Shown: positions 41,586 to 60,439 of the stretch, one piece after another
How positions within the stretch are numbered: position 1 is the first letter of the stretch
Layout of the letters: every line of letters starts with the position of its first letter
Source: the human T2T-CHM13v2.0 reference genome, Homo sapiens
DNA: 64,000 nucleotides
Assembly: GCF_009914755.1 (NCBI RefSeq)
Contig: NC_060945.1
Strand: one strand, 5' to 3'
Notes under the pieces: model-generated
What the model was told of the DNA's origin: nothing
What the model saw: only the letters and a program-made list of their open reading frames with translations
Database searches by the model: none
Made by a program: the position numbers and the translations under genes

Positions 41586-42907
41586 TCAAAGTATGCGCCA
41601 AGTCAGCGTGCATGGGTAACCCGATCCGGACGGCTCTGACTCGGGATGCGGCACAGCTGCCCTGCGGGGCCGCGCGGGTGTCACCGAGGCGGGCACAGAC
41701 TGCACAGTGTCCCCAAGGGCTCGCGCACGTCCTTCAAGACCTGCCAGCGCGCGGGAAAAGGCAGGCTCCGAGTCAACCAGGGCTGACCCGGGGGCAAGAC
41801 CAGGAGACGCGACGACTGGAACCGGGTGAGTGTGGCCGAGTCGGCGCCCCGAGGGCCGCCAGCCTGGACCCCAGGCTGGGACACGGGCGCCCCCGGGTGC
41901 AGGGGACCTAGAGGCGCCGTGCGCGGCGGGGGCTGGGCGCGAAGGCGCCGAGACGGCATCTTTCCCCTGCAGCATCCCGCCCCGCGGCCGGGGGGAGGGG
42001 GCGTCACCTGACAGCGCGCAACAACTTCTCCAGGTTTCGAGGGGGCAAGCGGCAGCCGCCGGGGCTGGGGGGCGCACGGCGCGCTGCTCTCGCCCAATGG
42101 CGAGGTCTGTAAACAAAAGCGGGCCCCACGCGGGTCCCCAGCCGGGTGGCGAGGGGCGCGGCGCAGCAGCATCGCAGCGGCAGAGCTGGTGAGAGGGCGA
42201 GGCGGGGACGGGATAGGGCGCGGGGACCCAGGGCACAGTCCCCGGGACCCGACCGCCCGGATGAGGCATTGTCTGCGCACCCGCAGGATTCCGCTTTTAA
42301 TGCCCCCCTCCGGGGGTTCGTCGCGGGTCCCCAGCTCCGTGCGCCGGCCCCCGGGCTTTCCGCCCGGTGAGCCCGGCCCCGAGGGCGGCACGGATCGCCA
42401 AGGTGAGCGCCCAGGACGCGTCGCCGAAAAGCCAGGCCCGGAGGTGCCTAAGTCAGGGACCGAGACGCAAACATAGACACAAGGATGCACAAGCACGCCC
42501 TCCCCGAAGTTGACAAAAATCAGCCGATAAAATACAAAGTGCCGCGGCCGCCGCAGGTCAGCGCTGACCTCCTGCTGCCGAGAGGACCGAATGCCGACGT
42601 CCGGACGCTGTCATTTCCATCCAGCGAAGGCACCTGGGCTGCACGGTCTCGTCTCCCTCCTTCGCGCGAGGGATGCCTCCTCCTGCCTCTCCTCCCCGCA
42701 TCTCCCCACCTCCCAAGTGTGTGAACACGAAAACAATACGTGGAAAGCCCGATCGGGGGGAGCTAGGACCCGCCGGGAGCCCCAGTGTGCGGGAGACGGG
42801 GGTCAGAACGTGCCCGGCACGGGCACCGAGGCTCCGGGCATCCTCGCCGCCGTCTCCCGGGGCGGCTCCGGCCGGACGCCCGCGCACCCCAGGCCCGCGG
42901 TACTCAC

Positions 42908-43068
42908 CCGCGACGGTCGTCCGGGATCTCCGCGACGGGGCCGGGCACGATGCGGGGCAGCCGTGCCCCTGGGGCTGCGGGCGCCAAGGCGTCCGCGGAG
43001 CTGCAGAGCTGCGCGCCCGACGGCGGCGGCGCTGCTCTGCCGGCCGCGCTCGAACCCGCTCGTGGTCT
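42908..43068 (-). other. TIAM1: TIAM1 non-coding first exon (5' UTR)
   Basis: Minus strand reads ...GCCCCGCATCGTGCCCGGCCCCGTCGCGGAGATCCCGGACGACCGTCGCGG|GTGAGTA, matching my recollection of the TIAM1 mRNA 5' end. Consensus donor at 42907, no ATG in the exon, located in a CpG island. The 5' boundary (C-A initiator at 43068) is approximate. Confidence 0.88.
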
Positions 43069-43069
43069 G

Positions 43070-43188
43070 CCAATCGGAGCTGTCAGGGCCCCTCCGCCTG
43101 CGGCCTCGGGGGCCGGGCCGCGGGAGCCCGTGGGAAACCGAGCTCCGATTGGGCCGCCTGACAATCGCTCCGCCTCCGGCCAGCCAAT
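43070..43188. promoter_or_regulatory. Proximal CCAAT (NF-Y) cluster
   Basis: CCAAT 43070-43074, ATTGG 43148-43152 and CCAAT 43184-43188, immediately upstream of exon 1. Confidence 0.75.
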
Positions 43189-43505
43189 CCGAGGCGGTGG
43201 ATGCAGGAGCGGGGCGTTCGGAGTTGGGCTGTAGAGCGACTATGGGCGCACGCCGGGTATCCGCGCCGCAGCCAGGCTCGGAGCGCGCGGCTGGAGGGGC
43301 GCGGGCGGCGCGCGCTCCAGAGATGCCTTCCTGCGAGGCTCCGTCAGCGCGGCCCGGGGAGATCGCCCGCAGGCAGCGGAGGCGCGGCGGGCCGGGGGAC
43401 GACCAGGGAGCCCCTAACAAAGCAGCTTTGGGAGGGCCGGAGGCCTCTGCCTCCCTCGGCGATAGGTCCGCGAAGCTGCCTGTCATCTCGCATAGGTGGA
43501 GGTGG

Positions 43506-43570
43506 CCAATGGCGTGCACAGACGGAGCTCTAGTTGGCGCGCGCGCGCGGCTCGGCATCGGTGGGATTGG
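43506..43570. promoter_or_regulatory. Second CCAAT pair with E2F-like/(GC)n element
   Basis: CCAAT 43506-43510, TTGGCGCGCGCGCGCG 43534-43549, ATTGG 43566-43570. Confidence 0.6.
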
Positions 43571-43844
43571 TCGGAGGTAAAGGATTTTCCTGCCACCTAA
43601 GGCGGAGAGGAAGGGGGATCGAAACGGGGGAGGCGAAGAGTCAAAAAATGTTGTGCCTGGGACAAGTGGTCTGGCGCGGGAGGCGTGTGCCTGGCTCTAG
43701 GGGGAGACAGGAACTTTTTTACGAGAGAAAAAAATCCTAACGCAATCCCTTCCCGTGGATGCTAGAGGATGTTAGACCCTGAGCAGCCTCCAGGTAGGGC
43801 ATGGTGGCCTTCACCAGAGTCCAGGACTCCCAGGGTTCACTTAC

Positions 43845-43960
43845 CGTGCCCAGCAAGCGAACTTGGAATAACAGCGTGGGGTTTGGGCCTTACGCTTACC
43901 TGCTGGGCAGAGTAAGTGACTCGGGCAGGGTTCACGCAGACCTCCTGGGCTCCTCTGTAA
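43845..43960 (-). other. Candidate alternative upstream TIAM1 first exon
   Basis: Two consensus minus-strand donors, ACG|GTAAGT (43844) and CAG|GTAAGC (43899), at the island edge. Confidence 0.4.
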
Positions 43961-44269
43961 AATCCGGAAACTACAGTTGCAGTTTACCTCTCGCAAGGTT
44001 GTGGAGAACGCGGAAACGGAGACGCTGGCGGTACAGCCTCGAGCGAAACCTTTCCCTACACGAGGCCGGAGCTTCCTCCTCTCCTGAAGAGCTCTAGACT
44101 TCCCCATTTACAACAAAGGCTGGGATGTATGTTCCTTACACCTTGATTCCATACACACGTGTTCGCCCCGGGAGCTGGGAAGGTCTGCGCTCCCGGGGTG
44201 ATCTTGTTGAAAACAAAAAGAATTGCCCACGCTGTGGAAGATAAACCTAAACCGGAAAATTGAAAGTCA

Positions 44270-44840
44270 TCCCTGATTCCTCCTTCTTCTTAACCCTCTC
44301 CCATCCATTTTTGTTAACCTCCCAAACCCATTCCTCCCATCCTGTCTCACCTGGACCTCAGTAAAGGGCTCCCATCGTCCTTCTGTCCCAGGCCTTGCCC
44401 CCTGAAATCTGTTCTCCACTTTGCAGAATGATCCTTCTAAGCAGAAAAATCTCATTTTGCGCTCCCAACTCTGGGTCTCTTTTCTTTCCCCAGAACACGT
44501 CAACCCCCAGCCCCTCCCTTCACTTCACTAATTCCTACCCTTCTTCAGATCCCAGCTTGGCCGCCAAGGCATCCATGCAGTAGGCATTGCTGAACTACTG
44601 CTCTTACAGACCCCGGGAAGCCTCCTGTACCCTGTCAAGGTTAGATGCCACATTTCCACTTCCAGTGCTTCCACCCCCTGTGCTCCCCTCACAGGCCTGT
44701 ATGACACGGGGCTGAAGTTGCCTGTTGCACTGCAGCCTTCCATGGAAGCCGGAATCTTATCTATCTTCCCTGCTGGATCCCAGTCCTAGCACAGTGTTTG
44801 GCACATTTGGGGCACTGAAAAAACATGGAATCCATGAATT
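44270..44840 (+). mobile_element. L2 3' fragments
   Basis: 'tctcacctggac', 'cccagtcctagcacagtgtttggcaca'. Confidence 0.6.
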
Positions 44841-45214
44841 ATAGAGGAGCTATAATTATAGGCAAGAGCTTTAAGGATTTGAAGTGCTTCTAAAACATCA
44901 GTTTGAGAAGAATGGGTAGCATGGTAGCTCTTGAACGGATGCGTCCACCAGGTTCCATGATCAGTATTACAGGGAGGTTTTTGAGTCAAGTTTGAGAGAT
45001 TTTCCAAAGACACCCCTTCCAAAACCAGCCTCGTTTCAGCCAACAGCTTGGAATGGAGAATAATTCCCTTGAGAAGCTTTTCATCCCAGGACAAAGAGCC
45101 ATTTCTTTACCTGTTACAAGCCACCATCTAGGGGAAATACATATATTTGAAAATGAGTAGAGGGTTTTTCCCTAAGGAAGTTTAGAAGTACATCTGGCCA
45201 TCCTTAAAAGAACA

Positions 45215-45770
45215 GACCCTGGAGTGAGGCTGCCTAATTTCAGGCCCGGTTCCTTTCTAGCTGTTACCTAGGGCAAGTTACTTCAGGCCTCCGTGCCTCG
45301 GTTTCCCCATTTATATAAATGAGATAACAATAGTGCTTCATACCACATACAGTTGGTACGAGGATGAATGAGTTAATATTAACAATGTGCTGGCCAGGCG
45401 CGGTGGCTCACTCCTGTAATCCTAGCACTTTGGGAGGCCAAGATGGGCAGATTGCCTGAGCTCAGGAGTTTGAGACCAGCCTGGGCAACACGGTGAAACC
45501 CCGTCTCTACTAAAAATACAAAAAATTAGCCGGGCATGGCGGTGTACTCCTGTGGTCCCAGCTACTCAGGAGGCTGAGGGCAGGAGAATTGCTTGAACCC
45601 AGAAGGCAGTGGTTGCAGTAAGCCGAGATTGCGCCACTGCACTCCAGCCTGGGCAACAGAACGAGACTCCGTCTCCAAAAAAAAAATAAATAAAAAACAA
45701 CAATTTAAAAAAAAAATGTGTTTAGAAGAGTACCTGGCACATAGTAGCATTTAATAATGTTTACTGAATA
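45215..45770 (+). mobile_element. MIR interrupted by AluS (45392-45700)
   Basis: MIR core 'gggcaagttactt...gtgcctcggtttccccat'; MIR tail 'cctggcacatagtag' lies after the Alu. Confidence 0.85.
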
Positions 45771-46019
45771 AATAAACAGCTTCCACTGGACATGTGTGTG
45801 ATGGGTAGGGAGTCCTCATGAGTGAGTGGCGGGTTACTAGAGGCTTCCCTGAAGGTGAGTAATGGGATCTCTCTTCCCTGCCTCATCTGAGGGCTGCTGC
45901 CTTAGGGTCTCCTGTTAAGGAGGTGACATTATTGTAAGGAGAACCTCAGATGAATCATCACAGCAGCCATCTGATTGCCTTGTGCCTAAGACGTCTGAAA
46001 AGCACTTTGAGATGCAGAA

Positions 46020-46200
46020 TCCTGGCGGTAGGTTGGCTGGGTTGAATCTCAGCTCTACCACCTACCAGCTCTGTAGCCTTGAGAAGGTTACTTAATCTTT
46101 CTTAAGCCTCAGTTTATTGATCTCTGAAATAAGGGTAGTAACACCTAACCCGTAAGGATACGGAGACAGTTAAAAAGAGGTCACGCGTAGCATATGGTAC
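46020..46200 (+). mobile_element. MIR
   Basis: 'ctgggttgaatctcagctctaccac...gttacttaatc...gcctcagttt'. Confidence 0.75.
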
Positions 46201-46288
46201 AAACTCATCAAAGTTGGTGATCGGGTTCAGCTAAGTTAGTGAAAAACAGGATAATAACATTCCATTAAATGGTTGAAAAACCTGGATG

Positions 46289-46576
46289 AGGCCGGGTGTG
46301 GTGGCTCACCCCTGTAATCTCAGCACTTTTTGAGGCCAAGGCATGTGGATCACTTGAGGCCAGGAGTTAGAGATAAGCCTGGCCAACATGGTGAAATCCC
46401 TTCTCTACTAAAAATACAAAAATTAGCCAGGCGTGATGGTGCATACCTGTAATCCCAGCTACTCGGGAGGCTGGAGGCAGCAGATGCAGTGAGCCGAGAT
46501 CCAGCCACGGCACTCCAACCTGGGCAACAGAGTGAGACTGTCTCAAAAAAAAAAAAAAGAAAGAAAGAAAGAAAAA
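46289..46576 (+). mobile_element. AluS with internal deletion
   Basis: TSD GAAAAACCTGGATGAG. Confidence 0.92.
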
Positions 46577-46634
46577 CCTGGATGAGACAATGCAGGAGAA
46601 ATACTCACTGCCCATAGGGGAGATAGATACATAG

Positions 46635-47142
<508 letters not shown>

Positions 47143-47599
47143 TGGGTATCTTTCTTGACCTCGCAAACCTAAAAAGCTACTGCAGGCTTCAGTGCTGTTT
47201 CTTGTCTCCGCCCTACACGGTACATCGCTACTTCACACTGGCAAAGAGAATGGGGCATTTTGATTAAAATACAGACAAATGCCATCTGGCCGAGTATTCT
47301 GACATCTTATCTCCTGAGGGCACTGTTGACATCTAAAGAGAACATGGAATTGGCATTAAAGGAAAAAATGGGGTGGTCAAAGGCAGAATCAAGGTTTAGG
47401 GCAGGAGAATGAGCACAAGTTACATTTCTAGTACATGACCCTAGCTGCAACTAAGAGTCAACATTTTCTTCCCCACTGGTTATTGAAAGGCTGACTAAAC
47501 AATCGTAGCTGAGTTACAACAAATGGTCTTCCCCAGTACGAAGATACCTACACATGCGCTCTGGGCAGCCCTGCCTCACTTGTGTTCCTGAGCTGGTCT

Positions 47600-47727
47600 T
47601 TCTCTCTAACAGATGCTCCCTCAGGGTTAGACTTTGGCCTGTTTAATTCACTGCTCTATTCATAAAGTGTCTCGAACAGTGCCAAGCACATAGTATGTGC
47701 TCAATAAATATCTATTGGATGAATGAA
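47600..47727 (+). mobile_element. L2 3' end
   Basis: 'aacagtgcc...cacatagt...tgctcaataaata...ttggatgaatgaa'. Confidence 0.7.
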
Positions 47728-47847
47728 GTTTAGCCTTCCGCACTCTACGAGGAGTTTGGCACTGAATTATTTTCTTTTCTGTCATCTATTTGTGGATGCC
47801 CTCTTTAAAGAAAGGACAGGAGGCAGCTTATACAAAAATAGATCTTG

Positions 47848-48651
<804 letters not shown>

Positions 48652-49089
48652 TTAATGCATACCCCACTGACACTGAAAAGTATGCTGACTTCTTTCTGAG
48701 TCATAAACTTTCACTGACTGTCTTTCAGGGGTACATTTTAGCCGGTATGTTGCAGTCTGTAGCCAGTTCTTACAACCTCTGTATTGCACCCTCTAATGAA
48801 AAAGGACAACCCCAGTATAAGGAGTCTCCCTCCCTTCTCCCAAACACCTTGTAACAGACTCCAGAACACTCCCAACTTTGTTGATGTGACTTCCCCCATC
48901 ATCAGTCTTCACATTTGGCTTCCAAGAAGCCTTTATCAAATTATTTCAGTCTTAATTTTGGTTGACATTTTATATATATATATATACGTACGTGTATGTC
49001 TTCTGTTGGTTCTGTTTTTTTTTTTTTTTTTTTGGAGAACCCTAATGCACATCCCAATAGTTTTTCCCATAACCATTCAATATTCCTCT

Positions 49090-49243
49090 GCAGACTTGCT
49101 ACCCAAAGTGTAGTCTGCGGATCAGCAGCAGTGGCATCGCCTGGTGTCAGAAACACAATCCCAGACACCAAGCCAGACACTTAACTCAAATCTACGTCTT
49201 AACACTCAGGTGATATATCTGTGTATAAAGTTTGAGAAGTACC
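49090..49243. mobile_element. MER5-type hAT MITE
   Basis: 'caaagtgtagtc...ggatcagcagca...catcgcctgg...caggtgat...taaagtttgagaag'. Confidence 0.75.
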
Positions 49244-49260
49244 TCATAACTTCTTTGGGG

Positions 49261-49970
<710 letters not shown>

Positions 49971-51069
49971 TAATCAAGGCTTTCTTACCTGAGGACAGAT
50001 TTTTGGGAGTCGGGTGAAAGGACCTAGAAAAGAAATCAAGAAGTCAGGATATTTTCCCAGCAATGATAGGTCTTCAATTATAAAGAAGAGAGCAAGGAAG
50101 CCTCAATATGCAAACTAGCATATCCAACTAATACAGATAAACTCAAGGTCAGAGAGGCAGGACTGGGCAAATCAGGCCACACTACATTCACAGAGCTAAG
50201 CAGTGCCCCCTCTTTGTAATTTGCTTTATTGCATTTTATTTTCTGTGTTTTCACTGAAATGGCAGTTTATGGAGAAACTCTCCCACTTGGCTGTGAACAG
50301 GCTCTAAGCAACAGCAACACTTCTGCAGAATTGGCAGGGACAGTGCTATGGAATATTTCACAAACTTCAAGGCAAAGGGACAAACAAACAACCAAAAAAA
50401 AAAAAAAAAACACCCTCAAAATGTATTTTCAGAGGAAAGAACTTTCACTGGGAAGGGACCCATGGATCTCCAAAAGAAAACCAATTTGGTTTCATTTTTT
50501 TCTGCTTCTGCACTCCAGCCTGATGATTAATTCATCAGCATGGGACAGAACAAAAGCTCCTCTTAAACTGTAACTACTACATGGGGTGGGTTTCTATGAT
50601 GATGTTGCAGATCTTGGCCTAATGGGCTTTCTCTTCACTGACACACAAGGTTCAATATTCCTGCCCCACCCACCATGAGGTGAGAGTTGAAGCTGCCCCC
50701 TTTCCCACCTCCTCCAGCGCCCGGACAAGGCACGATGCAGGGACACGCAGGGCACGTGCCTGCAACTCCACCTGCCTCAAACCATGTGTTTACTCTCTAT
50801 CCTGTAGAAGTGTCATCGCTCCCCCAGCCTAACAGAATGACATGGAAAAGGCTGGAATGTAGCCACACTGCCTCAGCAAAACAATCCCTAGGCTTAGAGA
50901 CGCTGCTGTCCACAGGCAAGCAAACTGGGACAGTGGAGCCACAGAAATGTGCCTCTCTTCTTGGGGGTAGGGTGACAGCTTCAGTTTCTATCTATATGGA
51001 GTTATTGCCCTTTCTCTGTCTCTCTCTCTCTCTCCCCCACCTCTCTCCTTCTCTCCCTCTCCCTAAAGA

Positions 51070-51620
<551 letters not shown>

Positions 51621-51678
51621 ACTATGGATCCCTGGCTCATCTACAAAAAGCCAGACTCACTATCCAAAGGCATAGTAA

Positions 51679-53097
<1,419 letters not shown>

Positions 53098-53119
53098 AGG
53101 TTTGAGTTTACTAATTAAG

Positions 53120-53812
<693 letters not shown>

Positions 53813-53841
53813 AGTACCCAACACCCCACCCGTGTCTTCTA

Positions 53842-54626
<785 letters not shown>

Positions 54627-55297
54627 TCATGGAAAAAGTGTCCTCTCTTCTCAGAGGCGTTTCTTTAAAAAAAAAAAAAAAAAGAATGGGAAAATACATT
54701 ATTGAGATTTCCAAGGGTTTCATTTAAAAGCCTGTGAGTAAAGGAGAACAATGGTTATGAAGATTCGTATCAAAAAAGAGAAGGGCCCAAGGCAGGGTGC
54801 AGGAGCGCAGTGCCTGGAGCCTCAGGGCAGAGACCTCCTCTGCTTGGGAAAGGAGCCCTTTCTGACTGCCCTCCACATATCCCGCATTAATCCATGGCTG
54901 TGACTCCACTACCGTCTATAGGTGCCCTTCAATAGCTACATTATTCATTCCTTTCAGCATGTAAGTTAATTTTTCCCCGTCTAAAACAAGTGCTGCTTTT
55001 ATCCTCTCAAAACTCATGGTATGTAAGAAGCAACATTCCAGGCCCTGTTATTGCAAATGATCAGTCAAGCCTCAGTATTCTAACGTATAAGCTGGTAGCT
55101 GAAAAGTGTAGCAAACCACAGCTAGCCAGACATTTTCCCCTGTATTTACTTCTCATTCCTGTGTCATTTCTCTGGCCAGCTGATGGAAATCTAAAAGATG
55201 AGTGACTTTTCCTTCCCCTCATTCATTACTCCAAGATAATTCCTGACTGAAAATGCAGAACTTGGACATTATTGTAATTCATTTTTAATAGCCAGCT

Positions 55298-55606
55298 AGA
55301 CCGGGTGTGGTGGTTCACGTCTGCAATCCCTGCAGCTGGAGAGGCTGGGGTGGGAGGATCACTTGAGCTCAAGAATTCGACACCAGCCTGGGCAACAGAG
55401 CGAAACCCCATCTCTGCAAAAAAATACAAAAATGAACTCAGCATGGTGGTGCATGCCTGTAGTCCTAGCTAATCAGGAGGCTGAGGCAGGAGGATCAGAT
55501 GAGCCCAGGATTCAAGGCTGCAGTGATCTAGGATTGTACCACTGCATTCCAGCCTGGGTGACAGAATAAGACCCTATCTTTCAAAAAAAAAAAAAAAAAA
55601 AAAAAA
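55298..55606 (+). mobile_element. AluJ
   Basis: TSD AGCCAGCTA. Confidence 0.92.
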
Positions 55607-55649
55607 GGAGCCAGCTAATACAGGACAAAATAATTATCTCTCTCTCTCT

Positions 55650-55964
55650 TTTTTTTTTTTTTTTTTTTTTTGAGAAGGACTCTGTCTGTGTCACCCAGGC
55701 TGGAGTGCAGTAGTGTGATTTCGGCTCAGTGCAACCTGCAACCTCTGCCTCCCGGGTTCAAGCGATTCTCCCACCTCAGCCTCTCGAGTATTGGGATTAC
55801 AGGCACCTGTCACCACATCCAGCTAATTTTTGTATTTTTAGTAGAGACTGGGTTTCATCATGTTGGTTGGTCAGGCTGGTCTTGAACCCCTGACCTCAGG
55901 TGATCCGCCTGCCTCAGCACCCCCAAAGTGCTAGGATTACAGGAATGAGCCACTGCGCCCTGCC
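55650..55964 (-). mobile_element. AluS
   Basis: Reverse dimer; flanked by CAAAATAAT. Confidence 0.92.
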
Positions 55965-56174
55965 CAAAATAATCCTTTCTGTCGAAAAAAAAAAGTGTTT
56001 CATGTAATAAACACTGGTTCTAATCCTAAGAGAAAATATATAGAAAACAGAACTCACAGGTGTTTCTTGAAAGTAGGTCACATGGCACCAAGTGGCTGAG
56101 CACAGAACACTACACTTATCTTGATTGTCTGATAAATAGTATTTTGAATTTTGTTTCTACTTGACCGATCTACT

Positions 56175-56330
56175 GTCTTTGCTTCCTATTGCTGCTGTAA
56201 CTAGTGACTACAGTAGTGGCTGAAAACAACACAAATACACCACCTTAAAGTTCTGGAAGCCACAAGTCCAAAATGAGTGTTCCACGCTAAAATCAGGGAG
56301 TCAGCCAGGATGCGTTCTTCTGGAGTTACC
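56175..56330 (-). mobile_element. MLT1 fragment
   Basis: 'cctattgctgctgtaac...ggctgaaaacaacacaaat...gttctggaagccacaagtccaaaat'. Confidence 0.7.
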
Positions 56331-56408
56331 TAGCCCCTGTGTTCATCTTCTGGGCAACCAAAAGATTTTGACTAATATTCAATTATTTGAGCATGGCTAC
56401 TAAGTTAA

Positions 56409-56819
<411 letters not shown>

Positions 56820-57269
56820 TAGTGAATATGAATTTGAAAATGAGGAGAAATCCAATGCAATATACCCCATCCAGCACAGCCACTGTGTAACTGGCGCTGG
56901 TAAACATTTGTAAAGAAACCAACTTCAGTGACATTTGTGACATTTTAAAGAGTAATTGGATGTTTGTTATGAATCTGAGTCTTTAATATGAACCAACCAT
57001 AAGAAATGTCAGTTTAAAATCATTACTCTTTTTGCTAGAGAGCACTATATCTGCAAACCCAAGCCATTCAAGTTTCACAAATAGGTGTTTTGATGCATCC
57101 CCTGGTGATTTATGTTGAAATATGATTTACTCCAAAGCTTAACAGTGTCAGTTTGATTCAGGCACATGAACCAATCAATGCAATGTGCAAATCCTTCAGT
57201 GTTGTTTGTCTCCACTGTGAGGAGGCTCACTGTTCAAGTGGTGTCCCTAACATAGATCAGTGGCTGTGA

Positions 57270-57830
57270 AAGACATTCTTGGTGGCTTCACTCTTTTTTC
57301 CATGCTAATGGAATGTGGATTTTGCTCAGGTGGTAATGTGCCCAATGCAGGCATATCCCCAAGGGATGAATCATGATTGGGCTAAGTCTGTCATGGATAT
57401 CACATTCCAACTTGATAGATAGTCACATTCCTGGCTTCCCTTGCAGCTACATTGACTGTTAACTAATAATGAACTAGTATCGTTACTAAGACAGGGGACA
57501 TCTACTGGAATGCTTCTGAAAAATATTATTTTCCCCTACTAAAAAGGAACAAGAAGAGAGTTTGCTGGCATCTCTCTCCTCTTTTCCGTAAGAGTTGTGG
57601 CAGCCATCATGAAGTTCTGAAGTGAAAATCCAACTAACCAGGAATAAAGTGAAAAAGAGAGTATGGATATGGGATAACATGGTCGATTACCAGACTATCT
57701 CTGGAAATGTTTACTTCCACCCTTTTTACTGAGAGAGAGGAATATATGTACACTATTCTCTAAGCTGGTTTTAATTATATTTCCTGTCATGAACAACTGA
57801 GAACATTCCTAATTGATAAAGAGTTTGGGG
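57270..57830 (+). mobile_element. Old MLT1 (H-K type) LTR fragment
   Basis: 'gatgaatcatgattgg', 'cttcccttgcagct', 'gtggcagccatc', 'aactgagaacattcctaattgata'. Confidence 0.55.
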
Positions 57831-57870
57831 GAGCAAAATCCATTTAAAATAACAAAAAATAAGAGAATTC

Positions 57871-58512
<642 letters not shown>

Positions 58513-58543
58513 AGACAATAACAATAACCTCTTTCTTTAATAG

Positions 58544-58894
<351 letters not shown>

Positions 58895-59050
58895 TAAATG
58901 CACCCTTTCAACCCAAATCATATTTAATACATACTTCCTAGATTTTCTGAAGTATAGCAGAGTCTGAAGACTTAATGTTTATTTAGGTGGCAAATTGCGG
59001 ACTTCCTTCCATTCATTTTTAACCCAATGACTGGACAGTGCACTTTCAGA

Positions 59051-59112
59051 ATTTATTTATTTATTTGAGACGGAGTCTCGCTCTGTCACCCAGGCTGGAG
59101 TGTGGCGTGATC
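59051..59112 (-). mobile_element. Short Alu 3' fragment
   Basis: (TTTA)n tail followed by 'gagacggagtctcgctctgtcacccaggctggagtg'. Confidence 0.85.
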
Positions 59113-59152
59113 GGACGTGATAAGAGTTAGACCAAGGCAGATGTAACCCTAG

Positions 59153-60394
<1,242 letters not shown>

Positions 60395-60439
60395 CTAGTT
60401 TGGGAGGAGGGGAGGAGGCAAGGAACAAGACAGAGAAGG

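Larger units (their letters stand above)
41595..44200. promoter_or_regulatory. CpG island / TIAM1 promoter, probably bidirectional
   Basis: Very high GC and CpG density from 41.6 to 43.7 kb, tailing to ~44.2 kb. GC boxes and multiple CCAAT boxes. Confidence 0.95.
43226..44470 (+). ncRNA. TIAM1-AS1: Probable divergent antisense lncRNA (TIAM1-AS1-like)
   Basis: I recall a lncRNA annotated head-to-head with TIAM1. The sequence shows plus-strand donors (GAG|GTAAAG ~43577, AGA|GTAAGT 43912) and CCAAT boxes in both orientations. Boundaries cannot be determined from sequence. Confidence 0.4.

Noticed and set aside
41586-43580. Long ORFs (227-329 aa) on both strands of the CpG island
   Set aside because: They overlap in several frames and are rich in Arg/Pro/Gly/Ala, as expected from stop-codon depletion in very GC-rich DNA. 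No recognisable domain.
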